From NCBI RefSeq assembly GCF_009914755.1, contig NC_060932.1: a stretch of DNA of 64,000 nucleotides; one strand, given 5' to 3'. A program made the position numbers and the translations under genes. This DNA comes from the human T2T-CHM13v2.0 reference genome, Homo sapiens. The notes below the pieces were generated by a model. The model saw nothing but the letters and a program-made list of their open reading frames with translations. It had not been told where the DNA came from and did not search any database. Every line of letters begins with the position of its first letter. The first letter of the stretch is position 1. Shown piece after piece: positions 14,851 through 31,260 of the stretch.

Positions 14851-17800
14851 ATTTTTAAACAATTTTTAAATATTTGAATATCACTCTTGCCTCAAGTCAG
14901 TGATTATCATGACATTAACCAATACATGATTATCTTAAGCTTGAATTATAGAATCTGGACTTTTTGTTCCATTTTGAATATATACAGTATATATTTCTAT
15001 TGTGACTGGAAGGTAGGGGATCAAAGCAAAAGAATTCATAGGTTAGAAAAAGGACTTTATTATGCATCTTCCCTTGGAGCAGAGTTGGAAGCATTGCATT
15101 TTGTCACGTTGAGGCTAATTACTGGTAAGAAAGTCTCATAGATATTGGCTTAAAAGTGTTTGCAGTGGCCCAAGACCATATTTTACTCTGCATATTCATC
15201 ACAAAAACTAACACACATGGAATCAGTAGGAATGGATAGACATCACAATGAAGTTGGTATCAATCTAGATGTTTCAATGATTGAGCTCAAAAATATGTAA
15301 ATGCCACTTATGAGCATAGTCATTAAGGATACTTATTTGTCCAGTCCCCCCAGTTTGAAAGAAAAAAGAGGGAAGACTACATCTCCTGAATGCACACTAA
15401 TTATGTGCTTTGACTAAGGGCAATTCAGGAAGGTCATTGTCATCAGAAGTGACATCCTTGAGCCATCTGTTTTGGTACCCTTCTGACTTCATCTAATTAG
15501 CATGATGGGATCTTGAACAATGCATAGTTAGAAGATGTCAATAGAACCGTTTTTCATTTACTAATGTGCATCTCAACTCATAGAAGTTGTTATTTATGTG
15601 GGTGATTTTGCCATTCAGCCCTGGAATTCCACTAATCCTCAGATTTCTCTGGGGAAACCAGTGATTTCTCTAACCGACATCACCAATTGGAAAACTCCAG
15701 GAGGAATCTCTAAAAACTTCCTATTCTCTGTGCTTGTCCTCCATGAGTACGCTCAGATTGCATTTTAAAAGGGGTAATAGATCTTGTGATGTCTATACAG
15801 GCTGGGAAGCTGGGGGGAGTAGGGTTGAAGTGAGAAAGCAAGAACTGAACTAACCTAGTACTAAGTGGGATAAATATGGTCTCTGAAGGGTCATTGCTGA
15901 CCAAGATCTTTAAAAATGAACTGAAAAGAAAAACGCAATAAGGAAACTAAAAAGAGTCAAATCTAGAGATGGGTTATATCTTAATCTTTTAATATTTCTG
16001 CATTTTTAATCACTGAAATAGTTTTAGGATGTATACAAGAGTTGGAGCTTGTTTTCCTGCATGTTCTATGACCTAAATGAACTTTGAACACTCGGAGGAG
16101 AACAGAATCCCCACTTGCCATTGTCTCCCTGACATATTCCGGCATAGTGTTGTTGCCAATGCAAAGCAGACTTCATGTTTGTCTAATTATCCTTCACTGC
16201 TAATACAAGGCCTATCTGCCAGGCCCTGGGAATTCCTGCAGCCTTGGATAGCATTCAGAGGGCATAACACCAGCTCTTAATTATTTCTAGTTATGAGGGG
16301 AGAGGGAAAGCATGAATACATGCAATACACTGATAATCAATAACCTCAATCTCTTTTCTACCAGTCAGCAAATAAACAAATAGCTCTTAATTTTGTTCCC
16401 CCCATCTTTTTCTTGCTGTGACTCTGTGGTCGCAGTGTCACACAAATAAGCATTTAAATATGATTTACATGTTAGGGACCCATAACTGACAGTGATTTTT
16501 AAAGTATAAAATATATCAAATGAACATTTGTGATGTTATTAATTTTTGGAAAAAAAATACGTTGTGTTTTAGTGACTATAAGTTAGTTAGACAAACTGTC
16601 GAGAGAGAGAAGCAATCCCTGCAAATGGAGTAATCACCAGAGATTTCAGGAAATAATCAGAAATCCATCTGTGCCATGGAGTCAGGAAACTTTTCTGTAA
16701 GAACCCTGAAGAGGGAAGGGCTTCCCAAGGCGAGACAACAGCCTGAACAAAAGCTTTGAGTTGACGATGGAGAGAGTTAATAGATTTATCAGACTAGTAC
16801 ATGGATTTGTACTGAGGTGCTCCAGAAACTAATTCATATCTGGCATGGTGGGACCAGAAATGCAAGGCCATAAAGGTAGGCAGAGCAGTTGACCATGACT
16901 CAGAGGCAATGTGGAGTCATGTTAGATTCTTTCATGCTAATATTAGAGAATTATTGCAACAAATAAGGAAATAAGCCAGAGAATAGATACAAAAGGCAGA
17001 CTATTCTATAGACTTCAGAATCAACTCCTAAATCATTTAAGAGTACAAAGAATGTGAAGGGTAAGTTAAAATACAAAACAGTTAACACATATCTTTTTGG
17101 GGGTGGAAAAGGTTTCAAAGCATATGATTTATGACAAACAAAATAATTAAAGTGGTCTTTGTAGGTAAAAATACGGGATATGACTAGTCTAGTGAAATGA
17201 AAGAATGGTAAACATTGACTGTAATGACGTATTCGAATTGCTGCTGGGAAGTGAGTTGCTGCCCCACTGGGTATTTAGTCTACATTTAAGCAACCCTACT
17301 AACTGAATCTTAAAAATGACATAGGCCCTGGTATCAAACATATCTATGCAGTATTCAAAACCAGTGGGAGCAGATTTCAAGTAATCACCAGCTACAGCTT
17401 TTGAGGAGCAGCCCTCTGTCTGCAGCCCTCACTCTATGGTTGGAGATGAACCCTTCTGTCCACATGTGCCATCTTCCCCCAGGGCCTACTCTCTGTAGTC
17501 CCAGGGATGTGGGCTGCATGCAGCTGACCACGTTTGTTCTCTAGTAGAGGCTGGATATGTAGGGATGATGTTATAAATAGCTGCTAAGAACAATGGATAC
17601 TATGGAAATGGTTCAGGAGCATGGAATATAAAAAAGGAAGCAAGAAATTAAAGGTGAAAAAGAAATGAATCATCACCAAAAATAAAAGGTAGATTGTTCT
17701 CTTTCTCCATCATATAGATATATACCTCCCCCCTCATATACACAAGGGCAGACACAAAGCAATAGCTGCCTTACAGTACTAAGTGACAAAAGCAGATTGC

Positions 17801-18439
17801 AGAACAATACATAAAAGACAATTCCACATTTTTATAGGTAAAAATGATAAATCACTGGCAATTTTATGTAGTTTCATATCTATAAAATCACAGGGGATAA
17901 AGAGCTAGGCTTGTATATATAACTTAACAGTGGTTATCCCTTGGTGCTGGAATTATGCTTTTTTCCCTTTGTGATTATCTATTATATATATTATATACAA
18001 TATATAATATATATATTTTATTTTGGATGCACAACTACCTAGTAACTGTGTAAGGATAAAAATGAAATAAATGAAAAAAGTGAAATAAAATGTGACAATT
18101 TAAAACACTTAAAAATGTTTGCATTTTTAACTTATAAATACACAAAAAGATTATAAGACTGAGTTATAATAATTTATCATCAATTTCCAACTTACTCAGA
18201 AGGTACCAATCAGTATATGTTAGACCCTGGGAAAACTGCTATGATTTTTTTCCTAAACTATAGCTCAGCTTCCACTGGGTCAAAATTGCAACATCTCTCA
18301 CCTGCAAGATATAGGAGAGACCCTTCTGGGACCATTTATATACCATAGCTACCTCAAGGCATCTTAGGGAGGCAGAGACTAACTAAAATTGACCACACAG
18401 ATCCCAGATATGTTGCCCGAAAGTGATCATGATCACAAA

Positions 18440-18570
18440 AACCCAAACCTCAAATAATCAAGATCTCTTGGAGTGGGGCCCAGGTATGAGTATTTGTTTG
18501 AAAAGCTCCCCAGGTGATTCTAATATGCAGCCAACACCACTAAGCCAACACCACCACCAAGAACCATGGC
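18440..18570. mobile_element. MER5A-like hAT-Charlie MITE fragment
   Basis: gggcccaggtatgagtatttg...aagctccccaggtgattctaatatgcagcca. Confidence 0.65.
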
Positions 18571-21047
18571 CCTAATGGATTAATTTACTAAGGGTCATTT
18601 TAACTTGGCCTTTGGAGAGAGGTAAAATTAAAGCAGAGAGAATGTAGTTGATCAAGGATGTTCCATGGCCGGGAGCCTTGTGAGAAAATGATTATGCAAA
18701 CAGAATAAAAGATCATAGAGTGGGTACTTCTTGCAAAGTCAGTGAAGTCAGTGGGTAGCCCTCTCTTGTGCTCATTGTAGAACAATCTCGATCAGATATT
18801 TCCTTTTGGGAAAATGCTCTATGTTAGCAGATTCCTGTCAAGGTACTGTTGTTTCACAAAGCACAGCAGAATCCAATTTTGATGCTGATGCCAGGGGACT
18901 AAAACCCTCTTGGGCACCAGAGATTTCCAGCCATTTCCATAGGAGGATACACACTGATACAGAAGATATGCTGGAACTTAGCATAACAAGTCCCACTGTA
19001 GAGAAGTGGCCGTTTGAATAATTTTTACTCTGTAGAATGTCTTTGGTTGCTGGTCTGCACATTTACAGTGGGTGAAGGCAAGGGAGCCTGCATTCTAGCC
19101 CCGCCCTAATTTTTAACATATCAGGAAACTGAAGTTTTGATTTGCGTTGGTCTCATATTAGCAGAGGCCGGAACTAGATACAAGTTTTAACATGCATTCA
19201 AGAATCCCCAAAATTCACTAGAATTTCTGATTTGGAGTTGTGACTTCTCTCTAAGCAGCAGCACAAATAGGCATTTTTTTTTTTTTACTCTGACAATGAT
19301 CATGATAATCATAACAGGTTGAAATTGTGTCATTAGCTATCGATTGTTACATTTATTGATGACAAACATGTGCTAGCTCTATGCTGCATGGATTTCCAGT
19401 TATCATGCTTAATCAACAGTAGCAACTTTTAATGGGAATTTGTATTCCCATTTTACTGTGAGAATACTGAGGACACACGGAATGTAGACAACTGAAGGTT
19501 TAAATCCAGTTCTGATCCTGGTCTACTAATGCCACAATGCCAATAAAAGTGGCTCCAAAGCTAGGTTAGAGGGGGAAGTGCCGCACTCATGCCTTGTGTG
19601 CCCTTGTTGCCTGATTTCTCTGTCTCAAGTCCATGGCCCTGGGCTTTTCAGTCACATTCGTTCATTCATTCTTTCAGAGCTATACCTGATAGAATTCTAC
19701 TACTCCAATTTTTTCATAGCCTGGCTGTATTAGATTTATTTTTCTGTGGCATAGTTATATATCTCACCTGTTTTTAATGGAGTTTCATTCTGCTACCCAG
19801 AGTAATCTTCGTTCCTGTGGTTTAGAAGGAAGAAAATACTGTTAAGCTCAGTCAGAGTTCTAAACAGATGTTCTACATGTCTCCTAGTGTAGTTGTAGCA
19901 ATGTATCACTTTCAGACATCTCAGCCTTGGCCTGCCAGCCTCGCTGTGCCCCATGCCAAATGCTTTCAGATACTGTGCAATAAGCAAAAACTGAGGTTAG
20001 CTTAAAACCACCAAAGTCATTTTATTCTGATTCTTGAATGCATTAGCATCTGGACTTCGAGAGGGACCACCTGCTCTCAGGAAAACTAGTACCGTCACAT
20101 CTGTTCAGTAAGGGAAATGCAAGTGTTCTCTGTTTTAAGAAACCTGACTATGTAAAAAAAAATCTGACTATGATCATATCAACATCAACAAATTATTATC
20201 TTTTATAAGGATTTTTCTTTTTAAAGAAATATTTGCCAGAAATTACCCTTTACCTCTTACTTTGCCTTTCTATTTTAAAAAAATAGTGGCCCATTTTCAA
20301 GAGTGTGATTTATACACACCTTGTGAAAGTGACTTCCACAACAAATCAGATGGCAAAACACACTGGAGCTGCATTTATAGCACACTGCATTCATGTAATG
20401 CAAGAGCATTCCATAGAAACCATGTTAAATGCAGGAGTGAGTTAGGGTGAGAAAGACTCTATGGAGAACTCAGAATAGAGCTGTGTTGATCTGCGTGGGA
20501 AGGGTGATGGTGCAGTCAGTCAGATAATATTTAAGTTCTCAAATGTGTACCGTACAGGATTTGCTTCAGTTAAAAACATAATCCAAAATGACAGTTTCAC
20601 CTCACATGGCTCACCTTCGGGCAAACAGAGAAGGGGACTGCGTAGGGTCCCCCTACCATTGTGTGAGTCTGTGAATGATTATCAACAGCCTGGATCCCTG
20701 TAGTCAGACAATGACTCATCTAAACCCTAAGAAAGGACTAATGAGAAGGAGGAAGCACCATGCAGATCTTCTAGAATCTTGGCATAGCGTCTGAAGGGCA
20801 GTCACCTTGGGTTCCTGCATGGTGGTGGAGTTGTGTGAGCCTGAGATGGACGAGGGCAGGGGGAATGGGGAGAACAGGGACTGTGGTATGACATAGAATA
20901 AGCCACAGAGGCCCAGTCTCAAAGTGACCTGTAAGATTAGATTATTTTAATGATGGGAGATAGGACAGGAGACAATGAATGGGGGACACTGGGGGCATTG
21001 AGAAAATTCCTCAGCTGAGCTCTGACTCCTGTGGCCATGCTGAATGC

Positions 21048-21352
21048 CTTTTTTTTTTTTTTTTTTTTTTTTGAGACGGAGTCTCGCTGTTGCCCGGGCT
21101 GGAGTGCAGTGGCACGATCTTGGCTCACTGCAGGCTCTGCCCCCTGGGTTTCAAGCCATTCTCCTGCCTCAGCCTCCCGCGTAGCTGGGACTACAGGCGC
21201 CTGCCACCTCGCCCGGCTAATTTTTTACATTTTTAGTAGAGACGGGGTTTCACCGTGTTAGCCAGGATGGTCTCGATCTCCTGACCTCGTGATCCGCCCG
21301 CCTTGGCCTCCCAAAGTGCTGGGATTATAGGCGTGAGCCACCCTGCCCAACC
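21048..21352 (-). mobile_element. Alu, full length (AluY-like)
   Basis: T-tract then gagacggagtctcgc...tagccaggatggtctcgatctcctgacctcgtg; aatgcct on both flanks. Confidence 0.95.
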
Positions 21353-22017
21353 TAATGCCTCTTCTCTTAATCCACCTTATCTCATGGGTGCACTGCTAAA
21401 TACTGTGATTATAAAATGACAACTTTTCCATTGAGAGAGATGGAACAGATTTTAGCAGATAATGGAGATGTGAAACAAAAAGAGTGGTTTCGTAAAAACA
21501 AAACTAACGTGTTCACCGTGCCACACCCATACCTGACAAGAATGGATAAACAGGCAGAGTTGGGGACTTTTTATCCAGTCTGTGATCACTGCAAACCAAG
21601 GCAGGATCCCTTTAAATATTTATTTGCTGGTTCATTTTTCTATCATCTAGAGTGAAACAGCATCCTTACCTGAGCAGGCTTCTGGTTGTATATAATAGAG
21701 TGACAGGCTGAAAGCTCACTGCTTTTCTCATCCTGATAAGAATCTAGCAAATGCAACAGAGAGAAATGCTAGTAAACCCACAAGAAAATAAATTTTTAAA
21801 TGATGAAGTAATCATCTTACAATTATTTATTTTTCAAAAGAGAAAATTTTTTTAAAAAATAGAATGAAAAAACTATGGACAATGCCATTCCTGTTGTCCA
21901 TAAAAATGGAGAAAATGTTTTATTTATAGAGGTAGATATAAAGTGAAACAGGAAATATATCTGCTCCATGTAAATTTATTAAATGCAACTTTCTTTTTCT
22001 TTCTTTCTTTCTTTTAG

Positions 22018-22050
22018 ATAAAAAACCTCTTCATGAAATAAAACCCCAAA
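22018..22050 (+). CDS. UNC5D: UNC5D 33-nt microexon, extracellular juxtamembrane stalk: (D)KKPLHEIKPQ(S)
   Basis: Pure pyrimidine tract ttctttttctttctttctttcttttag|ATAAAAAACCTCTTCATGAAATAAAACCCCAAA|gtaagt with a consensus donor. Phase 1-1. Joins CIL to IENASD, giving DKKPLHEIKPQSIENAS, which matches my recollection of the UNC5D protein. Confidence 0.93.
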
Positions 22051-22659
22051 GTAAGTTATTTTTCCTCTTGTGAATATAATTTATTCTCATATTTGCTGCC
22101 TTGCTGTTGTATTTGTTTAGGAGCTGAGCAGAATTGAAGTTCCTATGAAAGATCCAGGGCTTTCGAGGCCTCTCCTCATTGAGTTCAGAGTCACATATCA
22201 GAGGTTTAAATCCAAAAGAAATATGCACACCCCTCTCCTCCCTCCCAGTAAAAATAAATCGCTCCTCTTGATTCTTTCTGCCTATAAGTCCATTTCTCTG
22301 CAAATGTCATCTAGGATTCTTATTTCTGAAGAGATTTATCACATTAAAATTAATAAATATTTGTCAGTACACACTTTCTTGAGAGCAGCCTTGGGCAAAA
22401 GCCTGACTACAAGTCTCTCCACCTAGCATCTTACCTCCTGTGGAATCCATGGCAGCTGGGCAGATTAGGATCCAGAACTCCATGGTGAAATAATGACGAG
22501 CTGAGGATTGGGGTGTTGGTACTGGCTTAGGCTCGTTGTACCCAGGCTTGCTTATGGGAGAGGCCTTTGCATTGTCTTCATTTTATGCTTCCTGCAGAGC
22601 TGGAGAGAGGAGATGGCTGGAATGGCTAGCAGTATGGCATTTGACCTTATGCTCTTTAG

Positions 22660-23000
22660 TATCACCTGTAGGCCTTTTAAAATTCCCAATTTCCAGGCTG
22701 TATCAAGGCTATTGGAATTTAAGGTGGAGGGTTTTCAGGACCCAGGTATCTCTATTTTTCAAAGCTCCTCAGGTGACTCCAAGGTGCAGGTGGGGCTGAG
22801 AACCATGATTTTAGAAAAATGTTTCTCAAAAGGTGGATCAGAATCCACATGCATCAGAATCTCAGAGTGTGGCTGGAGCTTGTTAAATTAAATATGCACC
22901 ACCTCAGAACAGAACAAATAAATTTGAATTCCTGGTTGAGGAGCTCCTAAGAATCTATGTGTTAATATGTTCCCCAAGTCATTCTCATACATCATAAATA
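22660..23000. mobile_element. Two adjacent MER5-like fragments
   Basis: aaagctcctcaggtgactccaaggtgcag...ctgagaacca, then tttctcaaa...gcatcagaatc...ttccccaagtcattctca. Confidence 0.55.
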
Positions 23001-24909
23001 TGTAAAGGACGCTAGGGAAACTTCAAGATACTGGGGCAACATTAATACAGCTCTCATTAGTAGGAGATTAGACAACGGCCTGGCTGGTTTGGTTTGTAAA
23101 GCTTGTGAAAGACGTCCCTGCCTAGCATCTCTCATTCTAGTATCAACTGAATGACTTTTGATCTTTTAAATCTTAGGGTATTAAAATTCAAAGAGCTTGG
23201 AAGAGTTAATAGCTATTATGAGCTAACTTCTTTGAGAGAATTAAGACCCTGTGAGGATAGACAGAAATAGGTAACTTGGGACAGGGGTCACAAGACATGA
23301 GGGAAAAATCCAGTAAAGCCATTCTGTTCCTATTTCCTTATGTTGCTTCAGGAAGGCTGGAGATACAAAGATATCATTACTTGCAAAGTCTAAGAATTTG
23401 GGAAAACAGCAAAAATAAACATTTAAACTTATTTCCCTGCTGTCTGCTGCCCATTAAAAAAAATCATTACTACTTAAGTATTGGTCCTCTGACATCATGC
23501 ATGTTTGATTTTGAATTTATGGGAAGACTGAGTTTGGGGGCACCTGGCTGTGTATATGTGTGTTCATGTGTATGGGCATTGAGGGAGAGAGAAATAAACA
23601 GATCACTGAATATTTGGCCTGTGCTTGTGTCAGGACCCTCAGGATGACAGGTGGAGTAAGTGGACTCTTACCTTGCTCCCGGCCACATGGTGCATGCTGT
23701 CCACTGATTCTGTCATATAGCACAAAAAAGATCATAGGTATCCATGGGGTGGCCAATGTGAGAGTTACTTAGAAATGCATGTATGTGTTTTTAAAATTAA
23801 TTTCACACTTAGTTTGTGAGTCCTGTGCCATTCTAATTTGGTTACATCTGTACTTCCAGGCATAAACCCCGCAGAAGCCATTTCCAGTCCTTAGGGACTT
23901 CAGAATTAGTTTTTGCTTGGGGTTCTCGTTCCTGAGCACCATGCTTAATTGCTGGATACTGCAACGGAATCGCTTAAACTGTTTTAATTTGTGATTTCTC
24001 TAAAAATAAGACCTTAGAGAATCAATGTGATTGCAAAAGGCTCCCAGAGGAATCCAATCGGGGTTCTGTAAGCTGCATGGTTAGGAGTGCATTATAGAAA
24101 TTCAGGCTGCAGTTGTTCAGTGAAAGAGGGGCTTAATGTGAGACTACATGAATCATCACTAATGCAAAATCAAAGTCAATTATGAAGATAATTGAGAAAC
24201 AACCTGTGCCTATATATAGCCATACACATGATCTTCCATAAGGCCTGGCAGATAGAAAACATCACTCAGAGCTCTGCACAGAGTGCTCCATGAGCAGGCA
24301 GGCAGAGGCACGAGCTTAGAGTTGCGGGGAGGTGTAAAAAGAAAGTGAAGTCTTAAGATATCTGTTGGCAAATCATAATGACAAACTGGGGAAAATATGT
24401 GCACTGCATAGCTCATGAAAGCACTTATTGTAAATGAGATAATTTAATCAATTACGTTTCCTAATGTACTAAACCGAATGTTTCATTTTCTGCTTCTGCA
24501 CATCTTAAATTATCTTCAGGTGCTTTATGAGATTTAATCATAGTTAATAGAAACTTCATTACCATCAAATGTGCTTTCAATAAATGTTGTGTAACAATGT
24601 CAGGAGGTGCGGTAAAATATAGTAGGTTCTGAATGGCAAACACGCACCCCTAGAGTCAAACTGAAAAATGGTTGCCTTGAGACAATAAGACTCCTTGGAG
24701 GCTTGGAGAATACCTTTTTCTGAAAGGCTGTGAGCTTCTGAGTAGCAGCTGGTTTGGTAAGTTCACCTGAAGGGGTGAAAAGGATTTAGCTTTTCCCTGG
24801 AAAATGACTCAATACTATACAGTCTCTCTTCATCTCCTTTCCATGCAGTTTTGTACCTAACAGAGATGAGTGTTCAGCACAAACTCAGTTAATAGTTCTA
24901 GAGCCAGCT

Positions 24910-25220
24910 ACCTCCAGGATATCTTCAGTTGAATATGTCCTAATAACCTGAATCTCAACTTCCTCAAAGTTGAAATTATCCTTCTCTGTCCCTGTCCTTA
25001 ATCAAATCCTTTTCCCATCTTCTCTATTTCAGGGAACAGTATACCATCAACTCAGTGTGTAGGGCAGAAACTTGGAGAGCCTCCTAGAGCCCTCTTATTT
25101 CCTTCATCTCCCTTTTCCTGCTCAATACCCAACAATTCATCACAATCTGACTATTCTGCCACCTACTAGATCTCAAAAGTTCATCAGCTGATCTCCATCT
25201 CCACTCTGCTCAAACCCATC
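24910..25220 (+). mobile_element. L2 fragment (sense), apparently continuing at ~26880-28026
   Basis: atcttcagttgaatatgtcc...ctcaacttcctcaaagttgaa...cagaaacttggagagcctcct, pyrimidine-rich sense L2 pattern. Confidence 0.55.
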
Positions 25221-25224
25221 CCTT

Positions 25225-26875
<1,651 letters not shown>

Positions 26876-26997
26876 TCAGGCCATCTTCATTCCCACACCA
26901 GGATTTCTAGAGTTGCCTCTTTGTAGCCAGTCTTGCCCTGCATCAGTTTATCTGATCTATCTAAAACAAATCCTGATCACATTACATTCCTGTTTAA

Positions 26998-27716
<719 letters not shown>

Positions 27717-27987
27717 TAAGTCTCTTTCCCTCATCCTAACACTTAACCTGCTTAACTTATTCTTCCTTCAGTTTTCAACTTAGATTTCATGTCTGCAAGG
27801 CCTTCAACCTACCACCCTAAGTGTGAGTTAGTTGCTCTTGTAAGTTGCCTCCGTATCAAACTATCCCGTTTTTGTTCTATATTTTCATTGCCTTTATTCT
27901 GGTCTGGATTCCCTATCTGATAGACATAGTCCCTGCCATCTGACATACAGTATAGAGTTTTATTCATCATCACACCTGTTCAATTTA

Positions 27988-28372
<385 letters not shown>

Positions 28373-29569
28373 ATCAAGATTTTGCTTCAATATAGTCAAT
28401 TTTATTCATTCATGTAGAAGACATTTATTGTACAATTGTCCCATACAAATAATCTTGGCTCCATGAAACAAGAAATGCATCTTCCCTACAATTTTAATAC
28501 AAGGCAGAAAGAAGATAAGTGATTTGAGAAAAGTAAGGAAACTTCTTGTAACAATCATCTACTCTGTGCCAGACACTAGGTTAAAGCCCAAAATGCATGT
28601 GTCTTTAAATCATTTCCACCAAACAATGGCCTGAATGCATCCTTAAAGTCTGAAAAGTAGGTATGCTCTTCTCACTGAAGAAAATTCCATTCTGCACCTT
28701 TCCCCAAAATGCAGAGGGTTCATTCAGAGTGAGATCATGTTGATCCATATTCTTTATGATCTTCACCAGGTACAGAATTCCTCAGAGGATGTGGGGGCTG
28801 TACTGGCAATTTAGCATGCTCTTTTAGGCTATGGAGACTTGATTAGGATCTTGAATCCACAAAACTGTCTGTGTCTTTGGTCATACCTTTCAATTCTCAA
28901 AAGATTTCTAGGCTCTCCTAAGCTAACATTAGGCTACTGGCATTGAAGCTGATGCTCTAACCACTGTCTCAAACTCTTTTTTTCCTATTTTTTGTCCATT
29001 TTTCCTCATCTCCTGCTGATCATTTTCAATTACATAAATATAGCACTTTCCGAAAATTGCCTGACTTGCTTCATCCTTCAGAATCATTCCTACTGTGAAT
29101 CAATTCAATCCATATATATGTGCAACATTTGTATTTTTTTTTTACTATTTTCTATTTTTTATGATCTAATGTTTATTCCAGCATAAGTATATATCTTTTC
29201 TTACTACCATTTTCAATGATTTTGCTGACTTTGCCCTTAATGGACATGATGGGAGTTTGTTAATTAAATACCTCAGACATAAGCACAGACACAAGTAAGT
29301 GATAAACTATTACTAGTGTGTTCTTTAGCACCAGAATAACTTGGGTGCTTGTTAAAAATGTGAATCTACAAGCTGAATCTCTCTACCTCTCAGTAACTAA
29401 AAATCTGTAGAGTTTATATCTTCAGTTTTCAGAATAAGACATGAAGTAAAGTAGTTTTTTCTAGAGCTGGAGTTCAAATTCTGCTCTTTTTGACTCTCTC
29501 TTCTGTTTCAATTTTGTCTCCCCATCTGATTGGCAAAAGCATAGTTCTTTTACAGTTCAAAGATGACCC

Positions 29570-29732
29570 TCCAATTACATTCAATTTTCAAAGAAACATC
29601 AAATAAAGTTTAGGATAAATATGCCCCACATATCGCATGGGAAATACTTGTGCTAAAGCTACTCATTTTTTATCTGAAATTTAGAGTTAACTGTGTGTCA
29701 AACTTTCATTTGTTCAATCTGGCTAGCTTACT
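29570..29732. mobile_element. MER (hAT) MITE-like fragment
   Basis: gcatgggaaatacttgtgctaaa...ttatctgaaatttagagttaactg...aatctggc resembles MER33/MER53-type elements. Confidence 0.45.
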
Positions 29733-29759
29733 AAAAGGAGCTGTAAACATGTCTGAATG

Positions 29760-30720
29760 GGCACTATCAAAAATATTTTATAAAATAGACGACCTTTGTT
29801 GCCAACCTTGGAAGGATGGTTGGAATTGAAGCAGATATTGGAGGAGAGAGCCTCTCAGTGAGGGTGAAAAGTTGGAGCCAAAAATAAAAGTCTGCAAAAG
29901 TACATGGTCTACTTGAAAAAAATAAGTAGTCAGGTTTGACCAAAGAATAGGGTTCACCTAGATGAGAAGTGGGTAAACAGCATGAACTGTAGTGTGAGCA
30001 GAACGTGAAGTGTCTTGAGCAGTGAAAGAAGTCCACCCAGAGTGGATCCAGTCCATCCTGCAGAGTCATGAAAGGTGTCAGGGTGACTGTACTAGAACAG
30101 GGTTTGGGAAGTCATCCACAGGTAAAATGGTTCAAAGTAATCAAAGACTGGGGGTGTGGGTGGAGGGGACTGGTCCATGTGGATATCCACTGGGATGTCT
30201 CCTTTTGAAATTGAGATGAGAGAGGCACTAGACACAATCACTCAAATATGAGAATGGTTTGAGGAGGGAGTGAATGGAAACAGATTCAGAGATGACTCTT
30301 TGATCTTGAGCCATGTCCCTGGTGGTGTCATTACCAGAAAAGATAATTCAAGAGAAGAAAATATTTTGAAGAGGTAAGAATGAGTGATAATGATGAATCT
30401 GTAAATCAGATGACAAATGTGAGATGTGAGCACAAGATGCAGGTGGTTTTGCCCAGCGAGCAGGAAGGAAATATGGCATCAGATCTTCAGAGAGAAGATG
30501 AGGCAGGAGATGTTAATCTAAGACTGTTCAGGATCAAGGAAATCGTTGGCACTGTCTGTATGTGAGTGATTATCCAATTAGATGAGAACAGAGAGAGGAA
30601 AAAGGGCCAAGAACTGAACTTTAAAGCCTGCCTATTTAGAACTAGGAGAATGAAGGGTAGTTACTAAACAATCAGTAAAGAACAGGTCAAACTTCAAGAG
30701 AATCAAATTTAAGGGGCAGT
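29760..30720 (-). mobile_element. L2 fragment (antisense, degraded)
   Basis: Purine-rich L2 motifs such as agatgactctttgatcttgagcc, ggagatgttaatct and gggccaagaactgaac. Confidence 0.55.
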
Positions 30721-30958
30721 TTTTTTCTAAGAGGAAGTTTGCTATTCTTGTCTATTGCTGCAGAGCAGTGGTAAAGAATAAGATGAAGAATGGTATAGTT
30801 GATGCAGTTGCAAACGACCTTCAAGAGAACAGTGGTTTAGGCACATACAGACTTTACAGTGTATGGAAACAATCACATGATGTAGCAGTAGGGAGGTAGT
30901 TAAATAAGTGATCATGCAACCTGAGTATGGGCTAGGCAAATGAAAAAGGAATGAAGCC

Positions 30959-31260
<302 letters not shown>

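Noticed and set aside
18529-18560. Short tandem duplication gccaacaccac x2 (similarly ctagactgta x2 near 12208)
   Set aside because: Ordinary slippage duplications.
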